DNA of 64,000 bases from a bacterium (lineage in GTDB: Bacteria > UBA8248): the NCBI GenBank assembly GCA_965200245.1, contig CBDATS010000015.1, positions 192,001-256,000 of the forward strand, read 5' to 3'. The notes under the pieces were generated by a model, which worked only from the letters and a program-made list of their open reading frames with translations, made no database searches and was not told where the DNA came from. Made by a program: the position numbers and the translations under genes. How positions within the stretch are numbered: the stretch's first letter is position 1; every line of letters begins with the position of its first letter. Positions 10,157 through 20,143 of this stretch are shown piece by piece.

Positions 10157-12358
10157 TTGGGCAAGGAGTTGCTTTTTGAAATCGGGACCGAGGAGATCCC
10201 CTCCACCTACATGCCGGGGATGATAGCCGCTCTCAAAGAAAGGGCCGAGGCCGCATTCGTAGCCGCGCGCCTGGAATACCTAGGCCTGGAGAGTTTCGGA
10301 ACACCCAGGCGTCTCGTCCTGCACGTGGCAGACATGGCCGAGCGTCAAAAGCCGCTTCAAGAAGAAATCCTCGGGCCGCCTGTCAAGAACGCATACGATG
10401 AGGAAGGCAATCCGACCAAAGCTGCCCTGGGTTTCGCCAAGACGAACGGGGCGGAATTATCCGAACTCAGAGAGGTGGATACTCCCAAGGGTGCGCGTCT
10501 GATGTATTTCAGAGAAGACGAAGGGGAGGGAACTCAGGCTGTTCTGGGAGGGGTATTGACAAAGCTCATCCATGAGTTGCCGTCCCCGAAATCCATGCGC
10601 TGGGGAGCCGGTAAGTTTTCGTTTGTTCGCCCCGTGCAATGGATTTTGGCCCTATATGGCCAGGAGTGCGTCGAAGGTCCCGCATCAAGTGAAGGCACGT
10701 CTCTTCCGGACTTCGGATCAATCACCTACGGCCACAGGTTTCACGGGAATAAAAATATGGAAATCAATAACTACCAAAGCTATATTCAAGTATTACATGA
10801 TAGTTATGTGGAGCCTGTCGTCGATGACGGCAGTGGCGGCGGTCGAATCCCCATGGTGCGAGAGAGTATCCTCGAAGAAGCCGGAGTTCAGGGTGGTGAA
10901 CCCGCAGCGGATGCGGAATCTGTGGAGTGTTTGGTGGAGAAGGTGGCGCATCTGGTGGAGTGGCCGTTTCCGGTAGCGTGCAAGTTCGATGAGAAGTTTC
11001 TGGATTTGCCGAGCGAAGTCATTATCTCTACCCTGGAGGTACACCAAAGGTGCTTTGCCCTGAAGGGAAAAGGTGGGGAACGGCTCATTCCCTCCTTTAT
11101 CGGCGTGAGCAACACGCGCGCCAGGGATATGAGCGTGGTGCGCAAGGGCTACGAGCGCGTCGTTCGCGCCAGATTGGAGGACGCAGAATTCTACTGGCGA
11201 CAGGACCTCGAAACGCCTCTTGCCGACATGACGGAGGGGCTGAAGGGTGTGGTCTATCATCCGAGACTGGGCACGAGTTGGGACAAGGTGGAGCGTTTCA
11301 GGCGCTTGGGCGCATGGATGTGCGAGAAAATCGCACCGGAAGACGTTACGCTGGCGAACATCGTGGACGAAGCGGCGTTTCTGTGCAAAGCGGATTTGAC
11401 CAGTGGGATGGTCTATGAGTTTCCCGAACTTCAAGGTGTCATGGGGCGGCGCTATGCAGAGCGTGAGGGCAGGGAAGAGGCGGTATCCCGCGCCATTTAT
11501 GAGCATTATCTCCCCCGGGGAGAGGGGGACGATTTGCCCGAAGGCCTTGCGGGGGCGATCGTTGGACTTGCCGACCGCATGGACACCATCGTCGGTATGA
11601 TCGGGCTCGGCTACCTTCCAAGCGGCTCGGAGGATCCTTATGCACTCAGACGTGCAGCCAATGCGATTCTGCTCGTTTTGGAGGACAAGGCTTTCAGGAT
11701 TTCCCTCCCTGAATGGGTGGAATTTGCGTGTGAACCGCTGGAGGACAAGTTCAAGGACCGAGGCGAGACGCTTGAGAGAATTTTGGGTTTCCTGCGCAAC
11801 CGGACCTCTGCTTATCTCTCTCGCGGCGGTGCGCGAGGCGACCTGGTGGAAGCGGTGCTCTCGGCGGATGACGATGCAGGCTGGCGCGACGTGATAGACG
11901 CTCGGGCGCGGCTCCGCGCGCTGGAGCGTTTGGCGTCGAGTGAGGAAACCTTCGAACCGCTCACGACGACTTTCAAGCGGGTGAGCAACATTATTCGTCA
12001 GGCACACGAGGTCGGGGGCCATGATGCGGCATACTCACTGGACCCACAGCTTCTCGTGGATGAGGCCGAAAAGAGACTGGGCGAATCCCTGACCGCGGTT
12101 TCCGAAGCGGTGCAAGAGGCATTGAAGACCGTCCGGGCGGGAGACACCAACTCGTTGGAAGAGGCCTATGTTTCGGTGAACAGTTCCATTGCGGCAATCC
12201 GCCCGGTGGTGGATGATTTTTTCGACGAGGTGATGGTGATGGCCGAGGACAAGGCCTTGCGGAAAAATCGTCTTGCGTTGATGACAGGTGTTGGCGCGCT
12301 GTTTTCGGCGAACGCGAATTTCACGAAAATTCAATCAAGGGCGACGAAACAACCGTAG
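10157..12358 (+). CDS. glyS: Glycine--tRNA ligase beta subunit
   Basis: LLFEIGTEEIP, TPRRL, EFPELQGVMG, GSEDPYALRR, NRLAL; follows glyQ. Confidence 0.97.
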   Translation: MGKELLFEIGTEEIPSTYMPGMIAALKERAEAAFVAARLEYLGLESFGTPRRLVLHVADMAERQKPLQEEILGPPVKNAYDEEGNPTKAALGFAKTNGAELSELREVDTPKGARLMYFREDEGEGTQAVLGGVLTKLIHELPSPKSMRWGAGKFSFVRPVQWILALYGQECVEGPASSEGTSLPDFGSITYGHRFHGNKNMEINNYQSYIQVLHDSYVEPVVDDGSGGGRIPMVRESILEEAGVQGGEPAADAESVECLVEKVAHLVEWPFPVACKFDEKFLDLPSEVIISTLEVHQRCFALKGKGGERLIPSFIGVSNTRARDMSVVRKGYERVVRARLEDAEFYWRQDLETPLADMTEGLKGVVYHPRLGTSWDKVERFRRLGAWMCEKIAPEDVTLANIVDEAAFLCKADLTSGMVYEFPELQGVMGRRYAEREGREEAVSRAIYEHYLPRGEGDDLPEGLAGAIVGLADRMDTIVGMIGLGYLPSGSEDPYALRRAANAILLVLEDKAFRISLPEWVEFACEPLEDKFKDRGETLERILGFLRNRTSAYLSRGGARGDLVEAVLSADDDAGWRDVIDARARLRALERLASSEETFEPLTTTFKRVSNIIRQAHEVGGHDAAYSLDPQLLVDEAEKRLGESLTAVSEAVQEALKTVRAGDTNSLEEAYVSVNSSIAAIRPVVDDFFDEVMVMAEDKALRKNRLALMTGVGALFSANANFTKIQSRATKQP

Positions 12359-12430
12359 CCTTTTCAGCCACCCATTAAACTACTTTGCAGATGCGCGAAA
12401 CGCGTGATGAGGTGCAGGAGGATGCAGGTG

Positions 12431-15079
12431 ATGACGGAGAAGATGATTTATTCCTTTGGAGCCGGGCAGACCGACGGCAGCGCCGATTTGCGAAACTTGC
12501 TGGGTGGTAAGGGCGCGAATTTGGCGGAGATGGCGAGTTTGGACATACCGGTACCGCCTGGCTTTACCATCACCACGCAGGTTTGCGTCGATTATCTCAA
12601 AGAACATAAGCTTCCTGAGGGTCTGTGGGAGAGCGTGAAGGAGCAGATGGCGCGCCTCGAAGAGGCGATGGGAGCGCAATTCGGGGGGGATGAAAACCCG
12701 CTTATGGTGAGCGTGCGTTCCGGCGCGCGAGATTCGATGCCTGGCATGATGGACACCGTTCTGAATCTGGGGATGAACGACAGGACGGTTGCTGCGTTAG
12801 AGAAAAAATCGGGCAATCGACGTTTCGCATACGACAGCTATCGCAGGTTCATCAACATGTTCGGCAATGTAGTTCTCGGGATGGAACACCATGCGTTCGA
12901 ATCGAAGATTGAGGCGATGAAACAACGCAAGGGCGCCGGGTCCGATCTGGAACTGACGGCGGACGACTTGGTCGAACTGACAGGTGAATACGCAGCCCTT
13001 GTCAAAGAGAAAACAGGTTCAAACCTCCCCCAGGATCCTTATGAACAACTTCGGCTGGCCATTGAAGCGGTATTCAAATCGTGGAACAACGACCGCGCCT
13101 TCACCTACCGCAGGCTCTACCAGATTCCCCATGACTGGGGCACTGCCGTGAATGTGCAGTGTATGGTCTACGGCAACTTGGGTGAGGATTGCGGTACGGG
13201 AGTCGCATTCTCGCGAAACCCCGCGACCGGCGAGAATGCCCTCTATGGTGAGATACTCTTCAACGCCCAGGGCGAAGATGTGGTGGCGGGCATCAGGACG
13301 CCCGAGCCCATCGAAAGTCTCAAAGAGAAAATGCCTGAATGTTACTCCGAATTCGAAGAAATCACGGAAAAACTCGAAGCCCATTACAGAGACATGCAGG
13401 ACATGGAGTTCACCATTCAGAACGGACGTTTGTTCATGCTTCAAACGAGAAACGGCAAGCGAACCGCTGCGGCGGCCGTACGAATCGCCATCCAGTTGGT
13501 GAAGGAAGGCGTGATCGATAGGCAGGCCGCCCTGCAAAAGGTGGATCCTGATAGCCTGGATCAGTTGCTGCACCCGATGATCGACGCAGAGGGGGAATTA
13601 GAAGTAGTGGCCACGGGACTGGCCGCCTCGCCGGGAGCTGCCGTGGGTCGTGTGGTCTTCACAGCGGCGGATGCGGTGAAACGGGCCGAAGCAGGAGAAC
13701 CCGTGATTCTTGTGCGTCAGGAGACCAGTCCCGAGGATATCAACGGAATGAACGTTTCTCAGGGTATCCTCACGGCGCGTGGCGGACTCACCTCCCACGC
13801 GGCCGTTGTGGCTAGGCAGATGGGCAAATGCTGCGTCACGGGTTGCAGCGCCCTGAACGTGAGAGCGGATAAGAAGATGATTCGGGTGAACGGCGAGACT
13901 GTACTGGAAGGTGATTTTATTTCCCTGAACGGGACAACCGGTGAGGTTATTCTTGGCAAGGCGGAACTCAAGCAGCCCGAACTTTCAGGTGATTTCGCAA
14001 CGCTTATGGAGTGGGCGGATGAGATCAGGACCCTGGGCGTCCGCGCCAATGCTGACACGGTGACGGATAGCGAGGCCGCCATCAAATTCGGCTGCGAGGG
14101 AATCGGCCTGTGCCGCACGGAGCATATGTTTTTCGAGGGGGAGCGCATCGACTACGTACGGGCGATGATTCTGGCGGTTACAGAGGAGGGGAGACGGCAA
14201 GCGCTCGACAGTCTCCTTCCCATGCAGCGCGAGGATTTTATCGGCATCTTCGAGGTGATGGAAGAAAGACCCGTGACAATCCGGCTGCTGGATCCGCCAC
14301 TTCACGAGTTCTTGCCCAAAACGGAAGAAGACATGAAGCATGTGGCCAGATTGCTGGGCGTAGACCTTGACACGGTGCGGCACGCCACCGAAGCGACCGA
14401 AGAACAGAACCCGATGCTGGGTCACCGGGGTTGCCGTTTGGCGGTCACCTATCCGGAAATCGCTGAAATGCAGGTACGCGCCATCATCGAGGCAGCTTGC
14501 GAAATGAAATCGCGTGGCGTGGACGTGCTGCCCGAAATCATGATTCCCCTCACCTCGGGGATAGAGGAATGGGAGTTCAACCGCGACATTGTGCACGGGA
14601 TTGCGCAAGAGGTGATTAAGGAAAAAGGTGTAACGCCTCGATATCTCACGGGCACGATGATCGAAATCCCCAGAGCTTGCCTCCTGGCGGGAGAGATAGC
14701 CGACAGCGCGGAATTCTTCAGTTTCGGCACGAACGATCTTACGCAGTTGACCTATGGCTTGAGCCGTGATGACGCGGGCTGGTTCCTGCCGAAATACATC
14801 GAGAAGGATTTGATTCCCAGGGATCCTTTTGTGGCCGTAGACCGCGAGGGCGTGGGCGAAATGGTGAAAATCGGTATCGAACGTGGCAGGGCCAATCGGG
14901 AAAACCTTGAGGTGGGCATTTGCGGGGAGCATGGAGGAGAACCGACTTCGGTTGAATTTTGTCACATGGTGAAAATGGACTACGTCTCCTGTGCTCCGTA
15001 TCGGGCGCCGATTGCGAGGCTCGCCGCCGCCCAGGCTGCCATCACCCACGGTTCATATCAGACGGTTGAAATCCATTGA
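12431..15079 (+). CDS. ppdK: Pyruvate, phosphate dikinase
   Basis: LLGGKGANLAEM, SVRSGA, GGLTSHAAVVAR (phospho-His), GLCRTEHMF, GICGEHGG. Start placed at ATG 12431 after AGGAGG. Confidence 0.97.
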   Translation: MTEKMIYSFGAGQTDGSADLRNLLGGKGANLAEMASLDIPVPPGFTITTQVCVDYLKEHKLPEGLWESVKEQMARLEEAMGAQFGGDENPLMVSVRSGARDSMPGMMDTVLNLGMNDRTVAALEKKSGNRRFAYDSYRRFINMFGNVVLGMEHHAFESKIEAMKQRKGAGSDLELTADDLVELTGEYAALVKEKTGSNLPQDPYEQLRLAIEAVFKSWNNDRAFTYRRLYQIPHDWGTAVNVQCMVYGNLGEDCGTGVAFSRNPATGENALYGEILFNAQGEDVVAGIRTPEPIESLKEKMPECYSEFEEITEKLEAHYRDMQDMEFTIQNGRLFMLQTRNGKRTAAAAVRIAIQLVKEGVIDRQAALQKVDPDSLDQLLHPMIDAEGELEVVATGLAASPGAAVGRVVFTAADAVKRAEAGEPVILVRQETSPEDINGMNVSQGILTARGGLTSHAAVVARQMGKCCVTGCSALNVRADKKMIRVNGETVLEGDFISLNGTTGEVILGKAELKQPELSGDFATLMEWADEIRTLGVRANADTVTDSEAAIKFGCEGIGLCRTEHMFFEGERIDYVRAMILAVTEEGRRQALDSLLPMQREDFIGIFEVMEERPVTIRLLDPPLHEFLPKTEEDMKHVARLLGVDLDTVRHATEATEEQNPMLGHRGCRLAVTYPEIAEMQVRAIIEAACEMKSRGVDVLPEIMIPLTSGIEEWEFNRDIVHGIAQEVIKEKGVTPRYLTGTMIEIPRACLLAGEIADSAEFFSFGTNDLTQLTYGLSRDDAGWFLPKYIEKDLIPRDPFVAVDREGVGEMVKIGIERGRANRENLEVGICGEHGGEPTSVEFCHMVKMDYVSCAPYRAPIARLAAAQAAITHGSYQTVEIH

Positions 15080-15091
15080 GCGGGGTCCCTG

Positions 15092-16252
15092 TTGATGGTT
15101 TACCTCTCCACCGAGCGGAAAAACGAGTTGATGGCTGAAGCACTCTCTCTCGCCAGACGCTCAGAGGGAAGGACGAGTCCCAACCCGCTCGTCGGTGCCA
15201 TCGTTCTTGATGCCCATGGGGAGATAGCGGGACGGGGCTGGCACCAGAAAGCTGGTGAAGCGCATGCAGAAGTCCTCGCGCTGCAGGATGCGGGTGCTCG
15301 TGCGCGAGGAGGGGTGCTGTTTCTCACTTTGGAGCCGTGTTCACACCAGGGGAGAACACCCCCTTGTGCGCCTTTTGTGGCGGGTGCAGGCGTTTCCCGG
15401 GTCATCACTGCGGTCTCGGACCCGAATCCGCAAGTGTCCGGCCAAGGATTTGAGTACCTGCGTGCGCGTGGCGTCGCAGTGGAAATTGGCATTATGGCCA
15501 GGGAGGCGGTGCGTCTGAATGAAGCCTATTTTCACTGGTGGCGTTTCGGCCGACCTTTTCTTACTTTGAAGACCGCCACGAGCCTAGACGGAAAAATCGC
15601 CACCCGAAACGGAGAAAGCCGCTGGATAACGGGTGAGGAGGCTCGAAACGCAGGCCATCATTTGAGAAACAAGGTCGACGCCATTCTGGTGGGTGTGGAG
15701 ACGGTTCTGACAGATGACCCATTACTTACCGCACGACCCGATGGAGATACGGGCAAGCCCTTGATCAGGATTGTGTTGGACTCAAGGCTAAGGACGCCTC
15801 CTTTCGCCCGGGTCCTAGCGCCTCGGCAAGGGAGTTTCACACTCGTTGCAACCACGGATGCCGCTACCCGGGAAAAAGAAGCAGGATTGCGCGTAGCGGG
15901 TGCTGAAATTATCCGTCTCGAAGCGGACCAGAAGGGCCGGGTTTCACTCGCTTCATTGGTTGAGGAATTGGGGAGTCGTGGTATTCGCCATATTCTTGTG
16001 GAAGGCGGCGGACGTGTGCACGGCTCCTTTATCCGAGAGAGTCTGGCGGATCAATTCCTGTGTTTTCTCGCCCCCGTGGTGATGGGAGATCATGAGGCTC
16101 CGTGCGCGATTACAGGCCTTGAGGAGGAGGAATTGCAATCCCTGCCGAGGCTATTTAATGTAACACATGAAGTTGTTGGCGATGATTTGTTGATTCAAGG
16201 ATATTTTAACAAACCGGTTTGGGGAGACATAGAGGACTGGAAACGTGTTTAG
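15092..16252 (+). CDS. ribD: Bifunctional diaminohydroxyphosphoribosylaminopyrimidine deaminase/reductase
   Basis: PNPLVG, HAE, TLEPCSHQGRTPPC, SLDGKIA, VEGGG. Confidence 0.96.
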   Translation: MMVYLSTERKNELMAEALSLARRSEGRTSPNPLVGAIVLDAHGEIAGRGWHQKAGEAHAEVLALQDAGARARGGVLFLTLEPCSHQGRTPPCAPFVAGAGVSRVITAVSDPNPQVSGQGFEYLRARGVAVEIGIMAREAVRLNEAYFHWWRFGRPFLTLKTATSLDGKIATRNGESRWITGEEARNAGHHLRNKVDAILVGVETVLTDDPLLTARPDGDTGKPLIRIVLDSRLRTPPFARVLAPRQGSFTLVATTDAATREKEAGLRVAGAEIIRLEADQKGRVSLASLVEELGSRGIRHILVEGGGRVHGSFIRESLADQFLCFLAPVVMGDHEAPCAITGLEEEELQSLPRLFNVTHEVVGDDLLIQGYFNKPVWGDIEDWKRV

Positions 16253-16895
16253 CGGAATCATTGAGACTATCGGCAAGATTCGATCTCTGAAAAAAGACGC
16301 CAGGGGTGCGCGAATTGCAATCGAAGCACCGCGTGTTCTGGATGGTGTGAGGCTCGGCGATTCCATCGCCCTGAACGGCGTTTGTGTTACGGTGGTGGAC
16401 TTTGGAGAGGGCAAATTCGAGGCCGATTTGTCCGTCGAAACGCTCCGGCGCACGAATTTGGGAGAGTTGGCCATTGGCGACCGATGCAACCTGGAGCGCG
16501 CCATATCGCTGGGAGAACGCTTGGGTGGCCACCTCGTGAGCGGCCATGTGGACGGTATAGGCAGAATACAGGGCAGAAAAAACGAGGGCGATTCCATCTG
16601 GATATCGTTCGAGGCTCCGGTGGAGGTGATGCGCTATGTCGTTTATAAAGGTTCTGTCGCGGTCGATGGGATTAGCTTGACGGTGGCGGCGTGTGACAAC
16701 GAAACGTTCTCGGTGTCGGTCATCCCGCATACGAGCGAGCAGACGACTCTCACGGAGAAGAAAGTCGGTGCCGCCGTTAACCTTGAGGCGGATTTGATTG
16801 GAAAATATGTGGAGAAACTGCTCGCTCCCCACGCGGAATCGATATCTCAGGTCGGTATCACCATGGAGAAACTAAAGGAGCAAGGCTATGCCTGA
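16245..16895 (+). CDS. ribE: Riboflavin synthase (alpha chain)
   Basis: MFSGIIE, GDSIALNGVCVTV, NLERA, GGHLVSGHVDG, VNLEAD. Confidence 0.96.
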   Translation: MFSGIIETIGKIRSLKKDARGARIAIEAPRVLDGVRLGDSIALNGVCVTVVDFGEGKFEADLSVETLRRTNLGELAIGDRCNLERAISLGERLGGHLVSGHVDGIGRIQGRKNEGDSIWISFEAPVEVMRYVVYKGSVAVDGISLTVAACDNETFSVSVIPHTSEQTTLTEKKVGAAVNLEADLIGKYVEKLLAPHAESISQVGITMEKLKEQGYA

Positions 16896-18120
16896 GCCCA
16901 TGGAGAAAAAGGATATCGATAAAAGCACTTTTCCCACGATTGAAGAGGCGATTCGCGATATCCGTGAAGGGCGCATCGTCATTCTCGTGGATGACGAGGA
17001 CCGCGAGAATGAGGGTGATTTTATCTTGGCGGCCAATAGGGTGACGCCCGAGGCGATCAACTTCATGACGAAGCACGCCCGCGGTCTGGTTTGTCTCGCG
17101 CTCACACCCGAGAAAGTGGAATCTCTGGGTCTTCCCATGATGGTTCCCAGCGGTGAGAACGGTTCGGTGTTCGGCACGGCTTTTACGGTTTCCATAGAAG
17201 CGCGCGAAGGTGTGACGACGGGCATCAGCGCTTTCGACAGGGCCCATACCATACAAACTGCGATAAACGAAGATGCCAGACCCTTTGACCTGGTGACGCC
17301 TGGTCATATCTTTCCGCTGCGGGCACAGCCCGGGGGCGTGCTCAGGCGAGCCGGCCACACGGAGGGCACGGTGGACCTGGCACGTCTGGCTGGACTGCAA
17401 CCGGCGGGCGTGCTTTGCGAGGTCTTGAACGAGGACGGATCGATGGCACGATTACCCAACCTGCGGAAAATTGCGCAAAAATACAATCTCTCCCTGGTGA
17501 CCATCAAAGATCTGATTGCCTACCGCATGCGCCATGATCGTCTCGTTGAGCGACTGGAAGAGGCCGAGGTGCCGACGGCGTTCGGAACTTTCAAAGTGTA
17601 TGCATATCACAGTCAATGTAGCGGCAGGATTCACGCCGCTTTGGTGATGGGGGAGTTGAATCCCGAGGAACCCACCCACATTCGGGTACAGCCTGTGAAC
17701 GCCATATGGGACTTGTTGGCGCTTTTGCGCTCCGATTTTCCGGACCGAATCAGAAATGCGCTGGCGAAAATTCAGGAGGCCGGCAAGGGAGTGTTGGTTT
17801 TCTTGCAGCCCGATTCGATGGGAGAGGGGACCGCAAGAACGGAGAAAGCGGCCGGTGGTGGGTGGGATGCAGGTCAGAAAATCGGCATCAAGAGTGCTCC
17901 CCTGGAAGGTTTGCGTGATTACGGTATTGGCGCCCAGATACTCGTGGACCTGGGCTTGCGCCGTATACGGATCATGACGAATGACGAGCGCCGGATTGTC
18001 GCGCTTGAAGGCTATGGTCTTGAGCTTGAAGACAGAGTGGCTGTAGACATGGAGCCTCCTTTGCCGTCTTTGCACAAGAAGAGAAAAGACGGCAAGGAAT
18101 CCTACTTGCAGCGTCCATGA
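16888..18120 (+). CDS. ribB: DHBP synthase RibB fused to a degenerate GTP cyclohydrolase II-like domain (RibBX type)
   Basis: RibB motifs DDEDRENEGD, PGHIFPL and RAGHTE are intact. The C-domain keeps RDYGIGAQIL and MTN but lacks the Zn cysteines. Confidence 0.9.
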   Translation: MPEPMEKKDIDKSTFPTIEEAIRDIREGRIVILVDDEDRENEGDFILAANRVTPEAINFMTKHARGLVCLALTPEKVESLGLPMMVPSGENGSVFGTAFTVSIEAREGVTTGISAFDRAHTIQTAINEDARPFDLVTPGHIFPLRAQPGGVLRRAGHTEGTVDLARLAGLQPAGVLCEVLNEDGSMARLPNLRKIAQKYNLSLVTIKDLIAYRMRHDRLVERLEEAEVPTAFGTFKVYAYHSQCSGRIHAALVMGELNPEEPTHIRVQPVNAIWDLLALLRSDFPDRIRNALAKIQEAGKGVLVFLQPDSMGEGTARTEKAAGGGWDAGQKIGIKSAPLEGLRDYGIGAQILVDLGLRRIRIMTNDERRIVALEGYGLELEDRVAVDMEPPLPSLHKKRKDGKESYLQRP

Positions 18121-18139
18121 ACATAGATTTGGAGACGGA

Positions 18140-18640
18140 ATGGCTAATCCTGTGGAAGGCAATCTGAACGGGAAGGGCTTGCGGATAGGCTTGGTTTCAT
18201 CCCGGTTCAACGATTTTATCGTAGCGCACTTGGTACGGGGTGCGGAGACGGCTTTGCGCCAATGCGGCGTAGCCGCTTCCGATATCGCGCACGTGCAAGT
18301 GCCAGGTTCGTTCGAACTTCCGGCGGCTGCGATGCGGATGGCGAAATCTCGAAATTACGATGCCATGGTATGCTTGGGCTGCGTAATACGGGGAGCAACC
18401 TCTCACTACGATCTGGTATGCGCCGAGGTGACAAAAGGTATCGCACAGGTGGGTATTCAGGCAGGGGTGCCGACCATATTTGCTGTCGTCACAACGGATA
18501 CGATAGAGCAGGCTATCGAGAGGGCAGGAACAAAGATGGGCAACAAGGGATACGAAGGAGCCTTGGCCGCCGTGGAGATGGCGACTTTATTCGCGAGAAT
18601 GGAAGAGGATGGGAATGGCGCTCTTGAAGAGGTGAAGTGA
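18140..18640 (+). CDS. ribH: 6,7-dimethyl-8-ribityllumazine synthase
   Basis: SRFN, VPGSFELP, LGCVIRGATSHY, QAIERAGTKMGNKG. Confidence 0.97.
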   Translation: MANPVEGNLNGKGLRIGLVSSRFNDFIVAHLVRGAETALRQCGVAASDIAHVQVPGSFELPAAAMRMAKSRNYDAMVCLGCVIRGATSHYDLVCAEVTKGIAQVGIQAGVPTIFAVVTTDTIEQAIERAGTKMGNKGYEGALAAVEMATLFARMEEDGNGALEEVK

Positions 18641-19053
18641 TGGCCGAGAACCGAAAGGCGGGTCGAGAGCTTGCGTTTCAAATCCTTTATCATACCGATT
18701 GCATCGGAAGTCTTTCGCAAGAGGAGGTCGAGCGTTATTGGTGCTTGCATCCGGCGGAAGAGAATTCAAGGATGTTCGCCGACAGGTTGATGTCGGTCAT
18801 CCTGGAAAAAGACCACCAGATAAACGATTTAATCACAGAAGCAAGTGTGAGTTGGTCACTGGAACGCATGGACGCAGTATCGAGAAGCATTCTACGATTG
18901 GGTGTTTGCGAAATTTATTTTCTTCCGGAAATCCCACCTGCAGTCACTATGGATGAAGCAATTCGCCTGGCCAAACGCTATGGGCCGGAAAATACTCCCG
19001 GTTTTGTTAACGGCATCCTAGATCGTCTTCATCAAGACAAAATGGTGGTCTAG
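18637..19053 (+). CDS. nusB: Transcription antitermination factor NusB
   Basis: RKAGRELAFQILY, WSLERM, ILRLG, EAIRLAKRY, FVNGILD; follows ribH. Confidence 0.95.
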   Translation: MMAENRKAGRELAFQILYHTDCIGSLSQEEVERYWCLHPAEENSRMFADRLMSVILEKDHQINDLITEASVSWSLERMDAVSRSILRLGVCEIYFLPEIPPAVTMDEAIRLAKRYGPENTPGFVNGILDRLHQDKMVV

Positions 19054-19054
19054 G

Positions 19055-19609
19055 TTGATACGCCTTCGCCTCTTCCCTGAAGAGTTGCACGAAGTAAAAT
19101 GCTTTGCTGCCGTTTCCATGTTTGCAGTGGAGGATTATCCGTTTCAAGGTCGTTTGGGGGAAATTGATCGCTTGTTGGAGAATGAGGCGAGCCGCTTGGT
19201 GCACCAGGGCAAATTGAGCGGTGCATGGGACTCCCAGGCAATGCTGGCATCTAAGGGTAGACTCGCGCCCGAGTATATCTTGTTTGCAGGAATCGGCTCT
19301 TTGAACGATTTGACCCTTACGAAACTCTACAGGCGCGCGAAGGACATTTTCGGAAGAATGATGAAGGCATCGGCGAACAATTTGTCTCTGCAGGTTTCGG
19401 GCTTCGCGCAACTGCCGGGAGGTTTCGCTCCCATGGCGACGGAAATTGTGAACGGCGCGATTCGTGGTGTTATCGGCAGCCCTTGGGATGTCGATATTCT
19501 CGTTTGCGAACCTGATGACAGAAAATATGACGAACTGATTGCCCTGAGCGAGCAAATCACTTTCAGTAGCGTGAAGAACCGCGAACTCTCCCTGGAGGTT
19601 TTCATGTGA
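19055..19609 (+). CDS. Stand-alone protein resembling the non-catalytic N-terminal domain of M17 leucyl aminopeptidases
   Basis: Pattern F..D.P..G....ID..L....SRL...GKLSG.....ML....RL....IL..GIG; 184 aa with no catalytic M17 domain. Recognised by eye. Confidence 0.5.
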   Translation: MIRLRLFPEELHEVKCFAAVSMFAVEDYPFQGRLGEIDRLLENEASRLVHQGKLSGAWDSQAMLASKGRLAPEYILFAGIGSLNDLTLTKLYRRAKDIFGRMMKASANNLSLQVSGFAQLPGGFAPMATEIVNGAIRGVIGSPWDVDILVCEPDDRKYDELIALSEQITFSSVKNRELSLEVFM

Positions 19610-20142
19610 GCGGAGCGCTTTTCAAGATGGTTCACAGACTCTGTTTCACTCTCGTGATGAGTGTTTTCCTGGCTGCGGGTTGCGGTTATGAACTCGAAGG
19701 AACCCTCCGCCCCGAAAACCTGAAAGGCGCACGCACAATTTCGATAGCATCTTTCTTGAACCAGACAAACGAGCCGGGTCTCGGACGCGTGATGACAAAA
19801 ACACTCAGGGGTAGATTCTTGCGGGATGGCCGTCTCCAGGTTACGGATTCCTCCGATGCGGACATAGCCCTCGAAGGCATATTGCGCCAATATCGCCTTA
19901 CCCCGATTGGGTTCACTCGCGCAGATAGGGCTCAGGAATATCGGGTCTCCGTGCGAACACGGATACGTCTGCGCAACAGGACGCAGAAAAAAATGCTCAT
20001 CAATCAGGATGTAGATTCTTATGCAGAATTCAAGGTTGCCCCATCTATAGCGCAGAGTGCAGCGAATCGATCAAATGCAAATCAACGAGTGGCCAACTCT
20101 GTGTCCGAAGACATCGTCAGTCTCGTATTGGAGGGATTTTAG
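19606..20142 (+). CDS. lptE: LPS assembly lipoprotein LptE family
   Basis: Signal peptide with lipobox LAAG-C followed by GYEL; F.N.T.EPGL; ADIALEG; immediately upstream of holA. Confidence 0.8.
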   Translation: MSGALFKMVHRLCFTLVMSVFLAAGCGYELEGTLRPENLKGARTISIASFLNQTNEPGLGRVMTKTLRGRFLRDGRLQVTDSSDADIALEGILRQYRLTPIGFTRADRAQEYRVSVRTRIRLRNRTQKKMLINQDVDSYAEFKVAPSIAQSAANRSNANQRVANSVSEDIVSLVLEGF

Positions 20143-20143
20143 G

